A stretch of 64,000 nt of DNA, taken from contig CAZWIT010000004.1 in NCBI GenBank assembly GCA_964633905.1, forward strand, positions 9,336 to 73,335, read 5' to 3'. The first letter of the stretch is position 1; each line of letters starts with the position of its first letter. Position numbers and translations under genes: made by a program. This document shows positions 59,940 through 64,000 of this stretch, piece by piece. The notes below the pieces were generated by a model. That model did not search any database, was not told the origin of the DNA, and saw nothing but the letters and a program-made list of their open reading frames with translations. This stretch comes from an uncultured Gammaproteobacteria bacterium (lineage in GTDB: Bacteria > Patescibacteriota > Patescibacteriia > UBA1558 > GWA2-36-10).

Positions 59940-61958
59940 TTGATGCTGACAATTGACTTTAAAAATGAATTAAACGACGAACAATACCGAGCGGTCAGTG
60001 CTGCAGACGGTCAGGCTTTGGTGCTAGCTGGTGCTGGTTCTGGTAAAACCAGAGTTTTAGTTTATCGAGTAGCTTGGTTGATTAATCAAGGAGTAGATCC
60101 TGAAAAAATATTGCTACTTACTTTTACTAATAAAGCCGCTAATCAAATGATGGCGCGCGTGCAGAGCTTGTTGGGTAAAAAAAGTAACGAGCCTTTATAT
60201 TTATGGGGTGGCACTTTTCATAGTGTAGCCAATAGGTTATTAAAAAAATACGGACACTATTTAGACTTACCTGCTAACTTTAGTATTATTGATGAAGAAG
60301 ATAGGAAATCCTTGATTAAAAGTATTAGTAAAGGTTTTTGGGATAATTTGGGTATTAAACCAGCACCTTCGCCAGCAGTTATTTCAGAAACGCTTAGTTT
60401 TAGTATTAATGCTCAACTTTCTTTGGCAGAAAGCTTAGAACAAAAATTTATTGAGTGGCAACCATTTTATCAATATTTTGAAAAGATTGTAGCCGAATAT
60501 CAACAGCGCAAAAAACTTAGCCATTTATTAGATTTTGATGATTTATTATTGCAGTGGTATAGACTTACCTTAAATGAGCAAGCTCTAAAATCCATGCAAG
60601 CTAAGTGGGAGCATATTTTAGTTGATGAGTACCAAGATACTAATACTTTGCAGGCTAAGATTATTACTAATTTAGCAGGAAAAAATAAAAATATTTTAGT
60701 AGTAGGAGATGATGCTCAAAGTATTTATTCTTTTCGGGCAGCTAATATTCAAAACATTTTAGATTTTCCTAAAAATTTTAGCAATTGCCAAATTTATAAG
60801 TTGGAAAATAATTATCGTTCTACACCAGAAATTATTAGGGTGGCCAATCAGATTGTGGTTAATCAATTACCCGAGTTTAGTAAACAGCTAAAAGCTCAGC
60901 GTCAGAATTTTGTCCGACCAGAGCTCGTTGCCGTAAACGACAATTTAGCCGAAGCTAGATTTATAGTTAATAAGATAGAGGAGTTGTTGAATCAAGGTGT
61001 GACCGCCAGTAACATTGCGATTTTATTTCGCGCTTCGCATCACGCTCAAAATATTGAAATGGAACTTAATCGGCGCGCTTTAAAATATGAAATGCGCGGG
61101 GGTTTGAAGTTTTTTGAACGAGCTCATGTCAAAGACGTAATAGCTTGGTTAAAGATTTTATATAATCATCGCGATGAAGTGGCAGCTTTAAGAATTTTAC
61201 AAATGTATCAAGGCATTGGACCAAAAGCAGCGCAAACAATTTATAAAACTTTAAGTAAGGCCGATGATTTGGGTAGTGCTATTCAGCAAGATTTAGCCTT
61301 AGGTGCTCAAGCTAGTATTGGTTGGCAACAGGCTAAAAATTTACTTACGATTTTACTTAAGGAAGAAAATAAAAATTTATTAAGATTAATGCAGTTAATC
61401 ATTGAACATTATCATGATTATCTTTTGGAATCTTTTCCTGACTATCGTCAGCGTCAAGAAGATTTAGAGCAATTGATTAATTTCGCTGGGACTTATGAGT
61501 CTTTAGATCAGTTTTTAAGCGAGGTGGTTTTGCAAGAAAATTATACTTTAACTAATACCAATAAATTTACTCCGGCTATAGTTTTGAGTACTGTTCATCA
61601 AGCCAAGGGTTTAGAATGGTCGGCAGTATTTTTAATCAATCTTACTACGCAAGCTTTTCCGCACCCACTAGCAACGAGCGAAGAGGAACAGGCGGAAGAG
61701 CGACGTTTGTTTTATGTAGCAGTTACCAGAGCCAAGGATTATCTTTATTTATTATATCCGCTAATGTCTTGGACCAGAGGTACGGAAAAAACTTTACAAC
61801 CGTCGCCTTTTTTATATGAAATTGATAGTCAAAATTTAAATTATAATAAACTAGCTAGCACCACTTTGGGGGCTAGTCAAGATGGCTTAGAATATGTAGT
61901 GGATGCAGACAATGTGAAAAATGGCGATAGTTTTTTGCCAGATATTAGCGAATGGTAA
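59940..61958 (+). CDS. UvrD/PcrA-family SF1 helicase
   Basis: LAGAGSGKT, TFTNKAA, VDEYQD, GDDAQSIY, STVHQAKGLEW, EERRLFYVAVTRA. Confidence 0.95.
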   Translation: MMLTIDFKNELNDEQYRAVSAADGQALVLAGAGSGKTRVLVYRVAWLINQGVDPEKILLLTFTNKAANQMMARVQSLLGKKSNEPLYLWGGTFHSVANRLLKKYGHYLDLPANFSIIDEEDRKSLIKSISKGFWDNLGIKPAPSPAVISETLSFSINAQLSLAESLEQKFIEWQPFYQYFEKIVAEYQQRKKLSHLLDFDDLLLQWYRLTLNEQALKSMQAKWEHILVDEYQDTNTLQAKIITNLAGKNKNILVVGDDAQSIYSFRAANIQNILDFPKNFSNCQIYKLENNYRSTPEIIRVANQIVVNQLPEFSKQLKAQRQNFVRPELVAVNDNLAEARFIVNKIEELLNQGVTASNIAILFRASHHAQNIEMELNRRALKYEMRGGLKFFERAHVKDVIAWLKILYNHRDEVAALRILQMYQGIGPKAAQTIYKTLSKADDLGSAIQQDLALGAQASIGWQQAKNLLTILLKEENKNLLRLMQLIIEHYHDYLLESFPDYRQRQEDLEQLINFAGTYESLDQFLSEVVLQENYTLTNTNKFTPAIVLSTVHQAKGLEWSAVFLINLTTQAFPHPLATSEEEQAEERRLFYVAVTRAKDYLYLLYPLMSWTRGTEKTLQPSPFLYEIDSQNLNYNKLASTTLGASQDGLEYVVDADNVKNGDSFLPDISEW

Positions 61959-61992
61959 TATCTCTTAAATTTGTTATAATAAATTCAATCAT

Positions 61993-62775
61993 ATGCCAGA
62001 TAAAATAGTTTTAGATTTAGAAACTAAAAAAACTTTTGATGAAGTTGGCGGCCAACATAACCGTCATTTATTAGGAGTGTCTTTAGTGGGTATTTATTCT
62101 TATAATCGTGATAAATATCGTTCTTTTAGAGAAGAAGAATTTCCAGAGCTTTTAAAATTATTGCAAGATACGGAATTAGTTATTGGTTTTAATAGTAAGA
62201 GTTTTGACTTCACTGTTTTACAGCCGTATTTTAAAGGTTTTGATTTAGGTCAGATTAAACATTTAGATATTTTAGAAGAAATAGTTTTTTCTTTAGGGCA
62301 TCGTTTAAAGTTAGAAACTGTTGCTCAAAGTACTTTGGGTTATGGTAAGTCTGGCTCGGGACTTGATGCTATTATGTATTATCATCAGCAAGACTGGGAG
62401 AGTTTAAGTAAATATTGTCTAGATGATGTAAAAGTAACGCGTGAAGTATATGAGTACGGTCTAAATCATGGTTATATCTGGTATACTAATTCTGGTCAAA
62501 AAGAAAAAATTATGGCCCGTTGGTATCAAAATAATAAACCAACCGTAGAAGAACGTTTGCGTCTAGCCCTAAGTAAGGGAGAGCAATTAGAAATAGAATA
62601 TATCGATGAACAAGGTAAAGTAAGTCATCGGCGTATTGATATTCAGCAAATCAAAGGAACTAAAGTCAAAGCTTTTTGTCATTTGCGCGAGGCAATTCGG
62701 ATTTTTGATTTAGATAAGATCAAAGATGTAAAAGCAGTTGGTAAAATGAATAGTTGGCAGGGGAGTTTACTTTAG
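61993..62775 (+). CDS. RNase H-like DEDD exonuclease (RNase_H_2) fused to a C-terminal WYL domain
   Basis: LDLET, GFNSKSFD, HLD, YCLDDV; then LEIEYIDEQGKVSHRRID...AFCHLREAIRIFDLDKI. Confidence 0.82.
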   Translation: MPDKIVLDLETKKTFDEVGGQHNRHLLGVSLVGIYSYNRDKYRSFREEEFPELLKLLQDTELVIGFNSKSFDFTVLQPYFKGFDLGQIKHLDILEEIVFSLGHRLKLETVAQSTLGYGKSGSGLDAIMYYHQQDWESLSKYCLDDVKVTREVYEYGLNHGYIWYTNSGQKEKIMARWYQNNKPTVEERLRLALSKGEQLEIEYIDEQGKVSHRRIDIQQIKGTKVKAFCHLREAIRIFDLDKIKDVKAVGKMNSWQGSLL

Positions 62776-62818
62776 CTACTCTTTTTGTATGGCCAAAAAG
62801 AGTAGCCAGAAAAAGCCA

Positions 62819-62968
62819 CTGACCAATAGAAAAATTTAAATAATTTGCTACGCTCAATCGCTATTTTTGCGAACTCCCCATTCGACTCGCTTCGCTCGCT
62901 CAGGGTCAGACAGCGCAAAAATAAGCGCGATTTCCGCTAGCAAATTATGGCATTTTTCTAGAGGTCAG
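62819..62968. repeat. 150-bp imperfect hairpin element with nested REP-like loop
   Basis: CTGACC/GGTCAG, TAGAAAAAT/ATTTTTCTA, ATAATTTGCTA/TAGCAAATTAT, AATCGC/GCGATT, TATTTTTGCG/CGCAAAAATA. Confidence 0.8.
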
Positions 62969-62984
62969 ATATTTTTTTAAAAAA

Positions 62985-63374
62985 ATGAGAGTAGCAGCAA
63001 TTATTATTAAAAATGATAAATTACTATTAATGCATCGTTTTAAAAATGGTGAGGAGTATTATACTTTATTAGGTGGTAGTATAGAAGATGGTGAGAATTT
63101 AGAGCAAGCTTTAGTCAGAGAAATTAAAGAAGAAGCAAATTTAGACGTAGATAATTTAGAATTTCTCTGGCAGTTTGATAATAGAGGTAGGGAGGATAAT
63201 TATTTTTTAGTTAAAAATTTTTTAGGCGAATTAAAATTAGGCGAGCCAGAATTAAGTCGGCAAAATGAAAATAATAAATATATTCCGATTTGGGTAAATT
63301 TGACTGATCTTAAGAATATTGATTTAAAGCCAGTAGAGATTAAGGAAAAAATTTTAGCCAAATTTGTAAAATAA
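62985..63374 (+). CDS. NUDIX hydrolase
   Basis: Nudix box GGSIEDGENLEQALVREIKEEAN. Confidence 0.92.
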   Translation: MRVAAIIIKNDKLLLMHRFKNGEEYYTLLGGSIEDGENLEQALVREIKEEANLDVDNLEFLWQFDNRGREDNYFLVKNFLGELKLGEPELSRQNENNKYIPIWVNLTDLKNIDLKPVEIKEKILAKFVK

Positions 63375-63392
63375 AAAAACTACTTTTTTATT

Positions 63393-63466
63393 GTCACCCT
63401 GAACTTGCTTCAGGGTCTCCAACTAACTAAAATAATTTGGAGATGCTGAAATAAATTCAACATGAC
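63393..63466. repeat. REP doublet (REPIN-like), second copy
   Basis: GTCACCCTGAACTTGCTTCAGGGTCTCCAA ... TTGGAGATGCTGAAATAAATTCAACATGAC. Confidence 0.85.
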
Positions 63467-63485
63467 AGTTTGTGCTAGTAGTTTT

Positions 63486-64000
63486 TTATTTTTTATTATT
63501 TTTATGCAACTGTACGGTATTATATAAAAGCATAGCTACTGTCATCGGTCCGACACCACCAGGTACCGGGGTAATGTGTCCTACTTTTTCAAAAACATCG
63601 CTATAATCAACATCGCCTACAACAGTCTCACCAACTTTATTAGTGCCAATATCGATAACGATAGCATTGTTTTTTACCATATTAGCTTTAATGAAAAAGG
63701 CTTGGCCAATAGCCACAATTAAAATATCGGCTTGGCTTGTGTATTTGCTTAGGTCGGGATTTTTGGGGTCAACTAATTGAGCACTAATTTTTTTGTCAGC
63801 CAGTATTTTAGTTAAGGGTTGATAAAAAACATCATTTTTAGCAATAATTACTGCTTGTTTGCCACTTAAATTTTCTTGAGTGGCTTCTAATAATTTTATA
63901 ATACCCAAAGCTAAGCCTGGTATAAAAGTATTGGTTCCAGCCAGTATTTTTTTTATATTAGCTGGGTGAAAGCCATCGACATCTTTATTAGGATTAATAG
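63486..64000 (-). CDS. folD: Methylenetetrahydrofolate dehydrogenase/cyclohydrolase (5' part outside window)
   Basis: Frame is open to the window edge with KDVDGFHP; VGDVD, TPVPGGVGPMTVAML. Confidence 0.95.
   Translation of the reverse strand, partial: INPNKDVDGFHPANIKKILAGTNTFIPGLALGIIKLLEATQENLSGKQAVIIAKNDVFYQPLTKILADKKISAQLVDPKNPDLSKYTSQADILIVAIGQAFFIKANMVKNNAIVIDIGTNKVGETVVGDVDYSDVFEKVGHITPVPGGVGPMTVAMLLYNTVQLHKNNKK

Overview
AT-rich bacterial chromosome segment in genetic code 11. The gene set (reduced housekeeping genes, two GspE/PilB ATPases, a type IV pilus minor-pilin cluster, membrane pyrophosphatase, YerC/YecD regulator) and the absence of Shine-Dalgarno motifs on most core genes suggest a Patescibacteria/CPR genome (inference). 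Core genes: uvrB end, truB, rpsT, holA, polA, rarA, tig, nusA, glmS, trmB, tsaD/E, valS, ftsH, rpsA, gyrA, ruvB, queH/queA, ychF, a UvrD helicase, partial folD, plus 4 tRNAs. The most notable signals are mostly non-coding. (1) An accessory operon (TrpR-like YerC, SLOG/LOG, PfkB kinase, PRTase-fold) has a palindromic operator and terminator/antiterminator switches whose upstream arms lie in the last codons of the preceding genes, just after His codons. (2) An unannotated 39-aa leader-peptide attenuator precedes an MFS exporter and shares a boxA-like motif with that operon. (3) Two ~130-bp MITE-like elements (plus one decayed copy) sit exactly at the TTGA of sigma70 -35 boxes with a TTGA duplication. 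(4) A DEDD exonuclease-WYL fusion lies next to UvrD. (5) REP/REPIN-like palindromes and collapsed att-like scars occur at tRNA-Gly and ychF. No CRISPR array, rRNA, transposase or integrase was seen. All calls are by eye from motifs; no searches or folding programs were run.
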